DNA from: Candidatus Latescibacterota bacterium
GTDB taxonomy: Bacteria > Latescibacterota > UBA2968 > GCA-2709665
NCBI GenBank assembly: GCA_965208835.1
Contig: OZ242358.1
Span: 1,760,001 to 1,824,000 of the forward strand
Direction: 5' to 3'
Length of the DNA: 64,000 nt
The notes beneath the pieces were generated by a model. That model ran no database searches. It was not told the DNA's origin and was given only the letters and a program-made list of their open reading frames with translations. The position numbers and the translations under genes were made by a program. Shown piece after piece: positions 1-9,887 of the stretch; position 1 is the stretch's first letter, and every line of letters begins with the position of its first letter.

Positions 1-354
1 GGCAGCCACCTGCGGCCCTATCCCGAGGGGGACATGTCCATAACGGCGCAGACGCCGGGTGCGGTGCAACTTTGCGCGGAAGCCGGAGACGCGGCGGTCT
101 TTTCCCATGCCCTCTGGCACGGCGTTTCCCCCAACCTTTCCGGACGGTCCCGGAAGACCCTCATCTATTGCTACAGCCAGCAGTGTTTCCGTACCTTTGA
201 CTTTAACGGCCACACACGGGAAGTTCTGGCGAAATGTACGCCCAGACAACGCCGTCTGCTGGGGGACCTGGGCAGAGACTGGCGCCCGGGTGCGTACTTC
301 TACAGTCCGGAAGACCAGGTTGAGGTCATCGAACAGAGGTCCGAAGTCGCCTGA
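1..354 (+). CDS. Phytanoyl-CoA dioxygenase (PhyH) family Fe(II)/2OG oxygenase, 5'-truncated by window edge
   Basis: Frame is open from base 1 (GSHLRPYPEGDM...). GSH motif plus AGDAAVFSHALWHG..N.S.RSR, typical of the PhyH C-terminal half. Confidence 0.8.
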   Translation, partial: GSHLRPYPEGDMSITAQTPGAVQLCAEAGDAAVFSHALWHGVSPNLSGRSRKTLIYCYSQQCFRTFDFNGHTREVLAKCTPRQRRLLGDLGRDWRPGAYFYSPEDQVEVIEQRSEVA

Positions 355-547
355 ACGTCACTCCTCGCACGCGCGTTCCGACAACCGCGCCGTCTCCCGC
401 CCGCCTCGTTCCGTCGTCTCCACTACAGAGCCTGTCTTCAGCAGTGCCCGTGTCCGCAGGTTTCGCGGCGGGATTTCGGTACCTAGGGCCAGGCGAGGCA
501 GTGTCTTCACGCCATCCGTAAACGTCAGCCTGCGGGGAAGAACAGAA

Positions 548-2452
548 ATGCCGCTGGTTCAACTCGAAAACGTCCACAAGGCCTATGGGGCCAACACGGT
601 GCTGAGCGGTCTGACCTGGAAGATCGAAGCGGGTACCCGCGTCGGACTGGTCGGGCGAAACGGATGCGGAAAGACGACGCTCTTCCACCTCATGACAGGG
701 CGGCTGCACCCGGACCGAGGACGGATTCATAAGCGTCGGAATCTGAACGTGGGATATCTCGCGCAGGATCCCGAATTGGAGGAAGGGTCCGTTGTTCTTG
801 CCACCGTACTCGACGCGTTTTCCGACCTGCTGGACCTGCAGCGACGAATGGGCGTGTTGGAAGACCGCCTGGCCGAAAGCCAGGAACAACCCGGCCTCCT
901 GGAAGAATACGGACGCCTTCAGCACAGCTACGAAGCCCGCCACGGCTACGATGTCGAAGCCCGCGCGAAGGCCGTCCTTCACGGGCTGGGTTTCGCCCGG
1001 ACAGATTTCGAAACCCCGGTTTCGCTGCTCAGCGGCGGTCAGAAAAACCGCCTCGCGCTCGCGCGCCTGCTGGTACGGGAACCCCACCTGCTTCTTCTCG
1101 ACGAACCCACCAATCACCTGGACCTCGAGGCCATCCAATGGCTGGAAGGGTTTCTGCCTGCATTCGACGGCGCGTATGTGGTCGTTTCCCACGACCGGTA
1201 TTTTCTGGACAGCACCATCGACCGCATCGTCGAACTCGAGAACGGAGACCTTGCCGCGTACGCGGGCAATTACAGCTTCTATGCCGCCGAACGGCAGGAG
1301 CGCATGGCGAGGCGTTTCAAGGCCTATGAGCGCCAGCAGGAACACATCCACAGGACCGAAGAATTCATCCGGCGCAATATTGCAGGCCAGAAGACCAAAC
1401 AAGCCCAGAGCCGTAGACGAGCTCTCGAGAAACTCGAAAGACTCGACCGTCCAATGCGCGACGAGGAGTTCCGGCTGGAATTTACGGCCGGCGCGAGGGG
1501 CGGAAATCGGGTTGTGGAACTCGAACGGACATCGAAAGCCTATGGAGAGACGGTCCTCTTTCGGAATCTGGACGTGCTTGTTCGACGGGGCGATCGACTG
1601 GGCATCATCGGACCGAACGGTTCGGGCAAATCCACGCTGCTGAAGCTGCTCGGCGGCCGCGTCGCGGCCGATAGCGGGACCATCAGGACCGGTTCGAATA
1701 TACAGGTGGGTTATTACGATCAGCATAGGGACGAACTTGATCCCGGTCATACGTTGCAGGAGGAAATCTGGGCGGTCACCCCGGACGCGCCGGCGGGGGA
1801 AATCCGCGACGTTCTGGGTGCGTTTCTCTTTTCGGGTGACGATGTCGAGCGCAAAGTCGGCAGCCTCAGCGGAGGAGAAAAGAGCAGGGTGGCCCTGGCC
1901 AGGCTCATGAGGTCCGAAACCAACCTCCTGGTACTGGACGAACCCACCAATCACCTGGACATACCTTCCCGGGACGTTCTGGAGGATGCCCTGAAAGCCT
2001 ACGAGGGCACGCTCATCGCCGTCTCTCACGATCGCTACTTCCTGAACCTGCTGGTGGACCGACTGCTGGTCCTCGGGAATGGAGAGTGGGAGCTCGTGGA
2101 GGGCAACTACGACGCCTGGCAGCGCCAGCGTGGACAGCAAGAGGATACTTCCAGTGCGCGCTCACGCAGAAATCCCGCGCGGAAAGCCGAGTACGAACGG
2201 ACACGCGCCGACCGCAGGGCCCGGGACAGGCGTCAGCGGCGGCTGGAGGCCATCGAAGAAGAGATCCAGGACCTGGAGGCGAAACTCGAGCGGCTGGACG
2301 GGCAACTTGCGCTGGACGACCGTGCGTCGGATTGGGAGCACCTGCAGTCGGTCACCGAGGAACGACGGCGGATTCAGGCCCGGATCGAAGAACGCATCGC
2401 GGCGTGGGAAACGATCGAGACGGCGGTAGCGGAGGGCGGGGAAGGGACATGA
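548..2452 (+). CDS. ABC-F family ATPase (Uup/YheS/YdiF-like) with C-terminal coiled coil
   Basis: Two NBDs (GRNGCGKT/LSGGQ/LLLLDEPTNHLD; GPNGSGKS/LSGGE/DEPTNHLD), interdomain linker with KQAQSR, no TM segments. ATG 548 preferred over the ORF-track start at 59. Confidence 0.93.
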   Translation: MPLVQLENVHKAYGANTVLSGLTWKIEAGTRVGLVGRNGCGKTTLFHLMTGRLHPDRGRIHKRRNLNVGYLAQDPELEEGSVVLATVLDAFSDLLDLQRRMGVLEDRLAESQEQPGLLEEYGRLQHSYEARHGYDVEARAKAVLHGLGFARTDFETPVSLLSGGQKNRLALARLLVREPHLLLLDEPTNHLDLEAIQWLEGFLPAFDGAYVVVSHDRYFLDSTIDRIVELENGDLAAYAGNYSFYAAERQERMARRFKAYERQQEHIHRTEEFIRRNIAGQKTKQAQSRRRALEKLERLDRPMRDEEFRLEFTAGARGGNRVVELERTSKAYGETVLFRNLDVLVRRGDRLGIIGPNGSGKSTLLKLLGGRVAADSGTIRTGSNIQVGYYDQHRDELDPGHTLQEEIWAVTPDAPAGEIRDVLGAFLFSGDDVERKVGSLSGGEKSRVALARLMRSETNLLVLDEPTNHLDIPSRDVLEDALKAYEGTLIAVSHDRYFLNLLVDRLLVLGNGEWELVEGNYDAWQRQRGQQEDTSSARSRRNPARKAEYERTRADRRARDRRQRRLEAIEEEIQDLEAKLERLDGQLALDDRASDWEHLQSVTEERRRIQARIEERIAAWETIETAVAEGGEGT

Positions 2453-4491
2453 GCTTCGACAGATCGCTGATGGCGCCCGCGGAATTCGAGTTCGTGGTTC
2501 TGGGCGATACCCACTACATGCTCGATCCCGGCGGCCGGGCGCTGGAATTCGAGTCGCGTCGCAAGCAGACGGCCAGATCGGACGCGGCCCTCAGGCTGGC
2601 GGCCTCACTGAGCCCGGACTTCGTCGTGCACATGGGCGACCTGGTGCAGGAGTACCCCGAGTCCCGGCGCCACCGGGAGGCGATCGACGAGGCGAGGGCG
2701 CAGCTGGCGCGCCTGAACGTTGAAGTGTTCCACGTTGCCGGAAACCACGACGTGGGCGACAAACCCGATCCCACCATGCCCACCCGGCCCGTCACGGCCG
2801 AGTCCCTGAAGCGGTATCAGACCCGTTTCGGGCCGTCCTGGTACAGCTTCGACCGCCGGGGGTGTCACTTCATCGTGATCAACTCCCAGATTCTCAACAC
2901 CCGCCTTCCGGAATCCGGGTCTCAGCGGGACTGGCTTGAAAGGGACCTGGAAACCCATGGGCAGGACCGCGCTTTTCTCTTTCTCCACCTGCCGCCGTTT
3001 CTGGAACACCCGGACGAACCGCACCGCGGCAACTACGACAATGTCGGCCAGCCCGACCGGCGCTGGATACTTGACCTGATCCACCGAAACCGGGTCGAAG
3101 TCGTCTGCGCCGCGCACGTCCACTTCGGGTTTCTGAACCGGGTCGGGTCGACTCGAATACACAACATTCCATCGACCTCCTTCGTGCGCCCCGGCTTCAG
3201 CCACCTGTTTACCGGTCCGTCTCCGCCGGAGCAGGGCAGGGACGACGCGCCCAAACTCGGCTTCTATCTGTTCCGCGTCTTTCGAGACCGCACCGACGTA
3301 CACTTCATCCGTACCGGCGGCGCGGTTGTTCCGGAAAAAGAGGCGGACGACGACCCGATCCGCCTGCTCACCCGGACTTCTCCGGCTTTGTCCGCTTCTC
3401 CTGTGGCGTTGACCCTGCTGCATCCCCTTGCAACCCGAGCGGAAATTCCAATCGCGTTTCCAAGTGTCGTCAGGCAGCGCGTCCGAAACGACTATCCGCT
3501 GCTTGCCTGTGTGGAGCTGGGCGCGGCCGCTATTCGATTCCCCGTCGACGATCTCGACGACCCCCTTCAGCGGGAGCGACTCCGGATCCTTCGCGACGAC
3601 GGTTTGAGGCTCACCGCGATGGCGCCCGCGCCATCCCGGCCGGATCTTTCGGCGTACGCCCGACGGCACTCGGACATCGTCGACATCTGGGAGGTCCAGT
3701 TACCCGGTACACGACTGCCATCGCGGGATCTCATCGGCGCGCTCGCGGGTACCGGCAGCGAATCCTCCACGCGTTTCGCGCTTGCACCCATCCTGCCTGG
3801 AGAGATCCGTCCCGGCAAACAGCACCCACGCACCCGAATCGGATATGTCCCCGGGGAATTGCGGGAACTGGACCATTTCCTGGCGGAACGGGGCGTCTCC
3901 ATCGACCGGGTCCTGTGCCGTGTGGAGGAGAGCCCACCCTGGAATACGGTTCGGGAACTCCTGGATCTGGGCACACTCAGCCACGTCGGCGCCGTGGACC
4001 TCGCGGTGACGTTCACGTCTCGCGACGACGTGCGGAACGCCAATACCGCCGCGGAGACCCTGTTTGGCGCCGTCCTGTTACCCGGCGGCAGAATCTACTT
4101 CGAGCCGTTCGTCGATCTGGACCGGACGCTTGACGTGGCACACGGTCTCCTGGACACGTCCAGCAACCCTCGTCCGCCCTTTCACGTGTTGCGGACGCTG
4201 AATACGGTACTCTTTCACGAGCGGATTTCCCGTCCGAAACCGGGCGAACTCGAACTGCGCGGGGCCGAGATCCGGACCCTCACCGGCGCGGCCGGCTTTC
4301 ATGCGCTGATTACTTCGTGCGCCGTCGAGTTGCCGGACCTTCGCGGACTCACGTTTTCCGGGATCTCGCCCGGCGCTCCCTCCCGTCTCTACCGCCTCGC
4401 CGACGGCGCAGTTGAGAGGGGTCCGCTTGAGCGCCTCATCCGGTCCGCGTCAGGTCTGTCGCCTCCGGTTCTCCTGACATCGGGCTTCTGA
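2449..4491 (+). CDS. Calcineurin-like metallophosphoesterase with long uncharacterised C-terminal region
   Basis: Motifs GDTH, GDLV, GNHD, HLP, AHVH. ATG 2449 overlaps the ABC-F stop (ATGA). Confidence 0.82.
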   Translation: MSFDRSLMAPAEFEFVVLGDTHYMLDPGGRALEFESRRKQTARSDAALRLAASLSPDFVVHMGDLVQEYPESRRHREAIDEARAQLARLNVEVFHVAGNHDVGDKPDPTMPTRPVTAESLKRYQTRFGPSWYSFDRRGCHFIVINSQILNTRLPESGSQRDWLERDLETHGQDRAFLFLHLPPFLEHPDEPHRGNYDNVGQPDRRWILDLIHRNRVEVVCAAHVHFGFLNRVGSTRIHNIPSTSFVRPGFSHLFTGPSPPEQGRDDAPKLGFYLFRVFRDRTDVHFIRTGGAVVPEKEADDDPIRLLTRTSPALSASPVALTLLHPLATRAEIPIAFPSVVRQRVRNDYPLLACVELGAAAIRFPVDDLDDPLQRERLRILRDDGLRLTAMAPAPSRPDLSAYARRHSDIVDIWEVQLPGTRLPSRDLIGALAGTGSESSTRFALAPILPGEIRPGKQHPRTRIGYVPGELRELDHFLAERGVSIDRVLCRVEESPPWNTVRELLDLGTLSHVGAVDLAVTFTSRDDVRNANTAAETLFGAVLLPGGRIYFEPFVDLDRTLDVAHGLLDTSSNPRPPFHVLRTLNTVLFHERISRPKPGELELRGAEIRTLTGAAGFHALITSCAVELPDLRGLTFSGISPGAPSRLYRLADGAVERGPLERLIRSASGLSPPVLLTSGF

Positions 4492-4619
4492 GCTCCCGCC
4501 TGCAGGGTTGACATTTTCCGTCATTCTATGGATCTTTCTTGCGCAACGGCTCGGTACATTTCGGCTTTGCCTGAAACCCCGGTTTTCCAATCGATTCAAA
4601 AAAAACGAGGACTCGCCAG

Positions 4620-5417
4620 ATGGCGAAAACGCTCCGCGTCTGTCTGGCTGCCCTGAAGCAGCGGCCCTCCGTTCCCGAAGGCGTTGAAAAGCTGATTTCG
4701 GTTCTCCGCGAGTGCCAGGACCGGAAGGTGGATATCGTCTGCACGCCGGAGACTTACCTTCCGGGACTCAGAGGCGCGACGTTCGATCTGCCGGATCCGG
4801 ACCAGCCGGCAATGGAACGGGCCCTGAAGGACCTTCGTGCGGCCTGCCGGGAAACCGGCGTCGCCATCATCGCGGGCATGGAGTGGCAATCCGAACTCGG
4901 CCTTGAAAACAGGGCCTTCGTCATCTCTCCTGCGGGCCGGGTGCTGGGCTACCAGACCAAGAACCAGATCACCCCGGGAGGCGAGTCGGAGAATTACGTG
5001 CCGGACGGCCGGAGAAAGGTGTTCACCGTAAAGGGCGTCAGGTTCGGAATTACGATCTGCCACGAAGGATGGCGCTATCCGGAGACCGTACGGTGGCCCG
5101 CCGTCCGGGGCGCGCGGGTGGTCTTCCAGCCCCAGGTCACGGGGAGCGACGATCGGGGGCAGGAGCCCAGGAAGTGGGGCGAGTCCTTCTACGAGAAGGC
5201 GATGCAGTGCCGCGCCGGGGAGAATAACATCTACTTCGCCAGCGTCAATCAGGCCATGAAAGGTCAGAATTCAGCCACCAGCCTCATCGACCCGCAGGGA
5301 AATCTCATCGAACATATCCCGTGCGGAAAGGAAGACCTTCTCATTGCCGACCTCGACATCGAAGAAGCCACACGTTTCTACACCAGGCGGTACCGGTCCG
5401 AACTCTATCCTGCCTGA
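4620..5417 (+). CDS. Carbon-nitrogen hydrolase (nitrilase superfamily)
   Basis: Catalytic triad motifs TPE, YQTK, ICHEG. Confidence 0.9.
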   Translation: MAKTLRVCLAALKQRPSVPEGVEKLISVLRECQDRKVDIVCTPETYLPGLRGATFDLPDPDQPAMERALKDLRAACRETGVAIIAGMEWQSELGLENRAFVISPAGRVLGYQTKNQITPGGESENYVPDGRRKVFTVKGVRFGITICHEGWRYPETVRWPAVRGARVVFQPQVTGSDDRGQEPRKWGESFYEKAMQCRAGENNIYFASVNQAMKGQNSATSLIDPQGNLIEHIPCGKEDLLIADLDIEEATRFYTRRYRSELYPA

Positions 5418-5437
5418 CCCGTCCCGGGGGAATTTAT

Positions 5438-6766
5438 ATGGCCAGATTCGCGCTCGTTTTGCTCTGTGTCTGTTTCACGATAAACGGCAACGCCGCAGCG
5501 CAGGAGACCACGCCGGCCGACTTCGACGGAGACGGCGAAGTCGACTTCTCGGATTTCCTCATCTTCGCCCGTGGTTTCGGCAGGACGGACCAGGACGCGG
5601 ACTTCGATGCCAGGCTGGACCTGAACGACAGTGGAGCGGTCGACTTCCAGGACTTCCTCCTATTCGCGCGGCAGTTCGGCGGCTCGACGCCACCCGAAGA
5701 CGCGGACAGGGAGCCGTTCGATCCTGCGCGGATCTATATCGCGGATTTTCGGGCAGACAGAGTCTTTGTGGTGGATGCCCAGTCGAATTCTTACGATCCC
5801 GGCCTTTCCGTCTCCGTCAGTCAGCCACGTAGCATAATTTACTCGTATTTGAACAGACGCTTCTATGTAGTCGGACAGGACTCGTTCTATGCACTTACAG
5901 AGTCCAGCGAGATCGACTTCCGGCTGCCGCTTCTGGACCGGCCCGAATCGCCGGATTCCAGGCCGCGCACGCGTGGCGGATTCCGCATCGCACTTTCCCC
6001 CGACCACCGTCTTGCCTACGTCACGGAAGACATCGCCAGTCAAATCGAAGTGATCCATCTCAAAAACGTCGATTCTGTGGGTTTGATTCCCCTTACGCTG
6101 CCGCCCAGTGGAGTCGGCGTATCTCCGGACGGCGGCACGCTCTATGTGGCGCATAACAATATACCCTGGATTTCGGTAGTCGACGCTTCCGCACAAGCAC
6201 TCGCGGATAGTATCCGGCTTAACGGAAGGGGCAACGCGAGGATCGTGGTGTCTCCTGAGGGCGACAGGATCTATACCGCAACCACCCAGGGCGGCGACGA
6301 CCCGTCGGTACAGATTGTTTCGATCGATCCTGAGACTAAAGAAATCGTCAATTCGCTGGAAGTCGCGCCGGATTCGACAACAAAGGTTTGGGACCTTCAG
6401 GCATCCAGGGACGGCAGCAAGCTATACGCCACCGTAAGGCGGTTCTTTATTGCGCCGACGGAACAGTTCGGATTCGTGTTAGAGGGTTATTTCCGGACCG
6501 TAGATTCTGTAACTTTCAAATTGACGAGCGAAGTCCAGATCGAAGGGGAAGCGGTCAATTTCGGAGTTTCCCGCGACGACAGGACCGCATACGTCGCCGT
6601 CTCCGATCCGTTTACCGGCGTGCTTCGACTCGCGATCCTCGACCTGGAAGACAATGCGGTACTTGGGGCCATTCCCGTGACCTTCCTTTCGGCGTTCGAC
6701 GTCAAGGCCTTCGGCGGCAAGGCGGCGTTGGGTCGTATTATGTTCCCTGAGATAACCGTATTCTGA
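5438..6766 (+). CDS. Secreted protein: paired EF-hand/dockerin-like repeat plus YVTN/YncE-type beta-propeller
   Basis: Signal peptide; ADFDGDGEVDFSDFLIFA and DLNDSGAVDFQDFLLFA repeats; SPDG..LYV propeller blades. Confidence 0.8.
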   Translation: MARFALVLLCVCFTINGNAAAQETTPADFDGDGEVDFSDFLIFARGFGRTDQDADFDARLDLNDSGAVDFQDFLLFARQFGGSTPPEDADREPFDPARIYIADFRADRVFVVDAQSNSYDPGLSVSVSQPRSIIYSYLNRRFYVVGQDSFYALTESSEIDFRLPLLDRPESPDSRPRTRGGFRIALSPDHRLAYVTEDIASQIEVIHLKNVDSVGLIPLTLPPSGVGVSPDGGTLYVAHNNIPWISVVDASAQALADSIRLNGRGNARIVVSPEGDRIYTATTQGGDDPSVQIVSIDPETKEIVNSLEVAPDSTTKVWDLQASRDGSKLYATVRRFFIAPTEQFGFVLEGYFRTVDSVTFKLTSEVQIEGEAVNFGVSRDDRTAYVAVSDPFTGVLRLAILDLEDNAVLGAIPVTFLSAFDVKAFGGKAALGRIMFPEITVF

Positions 6767-7010
6767 TCGCCTGTCGCACGGATCGGCAATGGCGGTACGA
6801 GTACTATTGCCGCCCGCGTCAGGCCGATCTGCCCTAGACGTATCGCACGAGGATTTCGCCCGCCTACGGACCGGCGCGGGGATCCGGGCCATGTGTCCTA
6901 TCTGTGACTCTGGAGACGAAAGCCCTTGCAAACCGCCCCGATTTCCAGTAGATTTTCATATAGAGCAATTTTGTACATGATGCCTCACCTTTTGATGAGG
7001 AGCGAGGACA

Positions 7011-8066
7011 ATGCTTTCATCGCTTCTTCTTGAGCCCGGCCGACTGGAACTGCGGGATGTCGACATCCCCAGCGCCGGTCCCGGCGAAGTGGTTGTCAGG
7101 GTGCGGTCCGCGCTGACGTGCGGGACCGAATTGAAGACATTCCGCCGCGGCCATCCCAAAATACCCACGCCAACGCCGCTTGGGCATGAGTTCTCGGGCG
7201 ATATCTACGAGGTCGGCGAGGGCGTTACCCGATTCAAGCCGGGCGACCAGGTAATGACTGCGCCCACCGCGCCGTGCGGCGAGTGCGTGGACTGCCGGAA
7301 GTCGCGCGAAAACCTCTGCCGGTACGCGATCGATGAAATGGTTTTCGGCGCCTTCGCGGAGTACGTCCGGGTGCCGGCCCACGTCGTTCAGAACAACATG
7401 TTCAAGAAGCCCGCCGATCTTTCCTACGAAGAAGCGGCCATGCTGGAGCCGCTCTCGTGCGTGGTCTACGGCATGGACCAGGTACTGATGGGGCCGGACG
7501 CGACGGTGCTCATCATCGGCGCTGGCGCTATCGGATTGATGCACACGGCCGTCGTACACGCTTTCGGCGCCAGCCGCGTGATTGTGGCGGGCAGGCGCGA
7601 ATACCGTCTAAGACTCGCCACGACGCTCGGCGCCGACGAGATTATAGACGTGGAAAGGGAAAACGCGATCGACCGCGTAATGGAGCTTACAGGCGGCATC
7701 GGCGCCGACCTGGTGATCGAATGCACCGGCCAGCTCGCCGTCTGGGAGAGCACGCCCGACCTGGTTGCCAAGGGGGGAACGATCGTCCTGTTCGGCGGCC
7801 TCCCGAAGGGCACGGTCGCCACCTTCGACACCGCCCGCTTGCACTACGATCAGATTACGCTTAAGGGCGTGTTCCACTACAGCCGCAGCGCCGTGAAGAA
7901 GGCCTACCAGATGCTGGTCGACAGAAAGATCCACCTCAACGGCCTGATTTCCGGCACCTATTCACTGTCCGATCTGAAACACGTCTTCGAGCTTCTTCTT
8001 GAGAAGGGCAACGACGTGAAGTTTGCTGTCGTTCCCTCCGAAGCCAGCCCGGAAAAAGCCGGATGA
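7011..8066 (+). CDS. Zinc-dependent alcohol dehydrogenase (MDR; sorbitol/threonine dehydrogenase-like)
   Basis: CGT, GHE, structural Zn C-x2-C-x2-C-x7-C, GAGAIG. Confidence 0.92.
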   Translation: MLSSLLLEPGRLELRDVDIPSAGPGEVVVRVRSALTCGTELKTFRRGHPKIPTPTPLGHEFSGDIYEVGEGVTRFKPGDQVMTAPTAPCGECVDCRKSRENLCRYAIDEMVFGAFAEYVRVPAHVVQNNMFKKPADLSYEEAAMLEPLSCVVYGMDQVLMGPDATVLIIGAGAIGLMHTAVVHAFGASRVIVAGRREYRLRLATTLGADEIIDVERENAIDRVMELTGGIGADLVIECTGQLAVWESTPDLVAKGGTIVLFGGLPKGTVATFDTARLHYDQITLKGVFHYSRSAVKKAYQMLVDRKIHLNGLISGTYSLSDLKHVFELLLEKGNDVKFAVVPSEASPEKAG

Positions 8067-9106
8067 TGCGCGTAGCCCGTCTCTACGACTACGGCGACAT
8101 CCGCATCGAAAAAGAACCGATCCCCGAAATCGGGCCCGAAGACGCCCTCGTCAAGATGGCGGTCTGCGGTATCTGCACGAGCGATACCCTGCCCTGGTAC
8201 GTGCGACGCAAGGCGCCGATCGTTCTCGGGCACGAACCCGCCGGGACCATCGTCGACGTCGGCGTCAGAACCTCCGGTTTCTCACCGGGCGATCGGGTCT
8301 TTGTTCACCATCATGCCCCCTGCATGCGCTGCCGTTTGTGCCGCCGGGGGCATTTTTCAATGTGCCCCACCTGGAAGGCCTCCGCGCTGGACCCCGGCGG
8401 ACTCGCCGAATTCGTGCGCGTTCCGGGCCTCAACCTCGCAACGGATACCCTCAAGCTTCCTGCGTCGGTTTCCCTCGAAGACGGCGCGTTCGTGGAACCG
8501 ACGGCCTGTGCGGTACAGGCGCTGAAGCGCCGCGCCCGCATGCGTCGGGGAGACCGCGTTCTCATCATTGGTATGGGCATTATGGGTCAGATTCTTGCCC
8601 TGGTCGCCAGGCACTACGGCGCGTCTGCCGTGATTGCGGCCGACCTGGTGCCCTACCGGCTGGCGAAAGCCCGGGAACTCGGAGTCGACGCAGGCGTCGA
8701 CGTTACACGGGAGACCCTCGTCGAATCCGTTGCCGCCGCCACGGGAGGTGAACTGGCCGACGTGGTTGTGGTCGGCCCGGGCACGATAACGGCGATGGAG
8801 GCGGGACTATCGGCTGTGGGCGTGGGCGGGACGGTACTTCTGTTTACGCCTGCAGAACCCGGCCGGACCCTGACGGTCGATCCCTATGATCTGTATTCCA
8901 GGGACATCACGCTGACAGCCAGCTATTCGTGCGGTCCGCCGGACACCCTGGAAGCGCTCGACATCGTCGGCCTGGGAGTAGTGAGCGCGGAAAAACTCGT
9001 CACTCACCGCTTTTCCCTGGAAGAGACCGCCGCCGGTTTTCAGACCGTGGCTGATGCCGGTGAATCCATCAAGACCCTCGTCGTCATCGACGAGACACAG
9101 GCATAG
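8063..9106 (+). CDS. Second zinc-dependent alcohol dehydrogenase (MDR), coupled to the first
   Basis: CGICTSD, GHE, CMRCRLC..C, GMGIMG; ATGA overlap. Confidence 0.92.
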   Translation: MMRVARLYDYGDIRIEKEPIPEIGPEDALVKMAVCGICTSDTLPWYVRRKAPIVLGHEPAGTIVDVGVRTSGFSPGDRVFVHHHAPCMRCRLCRRGHFSMCPTWKASALDPGGLAEFVRVPGLNLATDTLKLPASVSLEDGAFVEPTACAVQALKRRARMRRGDRVLIIGMGIMGQILALVARHYGASAVIAADLVPYRLAKARELGVDAGVDVTRETLVESVAAATGGELADVVVVGPGTITAMEAGLSAVGVGGTVLLFTPAEPGRTLTVDPYDLYSRDITLTASYSCGPPDTLEALDIVGLGVVSAEKLVTHRFSLEETAAGFQTVADAGESIKTLVVIDETQA

Positions 9107-9138
9107 CGTTCCGTCCCGCAAGCAGGTCGCAGAATTGG

Positions 9139-9298
9139 CAGTCCGTTGATGAAGTCGCTCTGCAGGCGAGGCCGAGCCATTGTAGCCGAAGACAAGGCGC
9201 GCAACCGAGACCCATCCTGCGATTCGGCGAGGGCCCGCAACGCAGTATTTCGACTGCAAGGGCCGGACGCAGCCCGGATGGGCTTTTTCGACGTGCTG
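9139..9298. mobile_element. Degenerate MITE-like intergenic element
   Basis: Imperfect terminal inverted repeats: cagtccgttgatgaagtcg versus reverse complement of right end cagcacgtcgaaaaagccc (13/19). Non-coding GC-rich interior. Confidence 0.4.
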
Positions 9299-9425
9299 TC
9301 AGGGCTGCAGTCGTTGCAGATTCGATTCAAGCCTGTTTTTTCCAATCCCGTATCTGTCAGCTGATTCGTCCGCCAGGGCTCGACCCTGCATTTCATGGCT
9401 TTTCGCCAACAGAAAGGATACCGGC

Positions 9426-9617
9426 ATGCCCTACGTCAATGTCAAGATGCTCGACGGCCGCACGAACGACCAGAAACGCGAACTGGCCAGGGCCATCACA
9501 GACGCCCTTGAAGACATCTGCGGAGCAAAACCGGATGGCACCATGGTCGTCATCGAGGAAGTGGCACGCGACCACTGGGCCGTCGGCGGCGTACTGATTT
9601 CAGACCGGGACGGATAA
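9426..9617 (+). CDS. 4-oxalocrotonate tautomerase family protein
   Basis: Catalytic Pro1 (MPYVNV), GRT.DQK, W.VGG; 63 aa. Confidence 0.92.
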   Translation: MPYVNVKMLDGRTNDQKRELARAITDALEDICGAKPDGTMVVIEEVARDHWAVGGVLISDRDG

Positions 9618-9711
9618 TCCGCGAAAACGCCGTCATTGCGCAGACACGCCCGCGCGACGTTTGGCGTTGCGGTCCCGGTATGCACGAAGCCGGGTTTTCA
9701 CGCGTTTGACC

Positions 9712-9740
9712 TTGACAGGAATATACGGGCCGCCTATATT
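9712..9740 (+). promoter_or_regulatory. Sigma70-type promoter upstream of the TPR-mdh unit
   Basis: TTGACA-N17-TATATT. Confidence 0.6.
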
Positions 9741-9887
9741 GCACCGATCCGCAGTTTGATTCGCTAAAAGCGGTACGATTGCCGATCGGCGCCAGCATTG
9801 GCTTGTACCGTTCTCCGTGGCTTTTGCTCTTGTCGGCGGCGACCGCGAGACGTCGAAAAAAGAAAGGGGAAGGCTTTGAACCCTACA

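Noticed and set aside
59-547. Long N-terminal extensions in the ORF track (for example 59, 2086, 5321, 17907, 30431, 43922, 55319, 59535, 60675)
   Set aside because: They overlap neighbouring genes or non-coding DNA and lack family motifs; downstream starts match the family N-termini, often with SD sequences.
326-2140. Long antisense or alternative-frame ORFs (also 9942-11225, 48563-49486, 62414-63964 and many others)
   Set aside because: They are shadows of well-supported genes, expected in GC-rich DNA, and show no recognisable motifs.
548-2452. ABC-F as an antibiotic-resistance (ARE) protein
   Set aside because: The architecture with a C-terminal coiled coil fits housekeeping Uup/YdiF-like subfamilies; there is no resistance context, and subfamily assignment needs HMMs.
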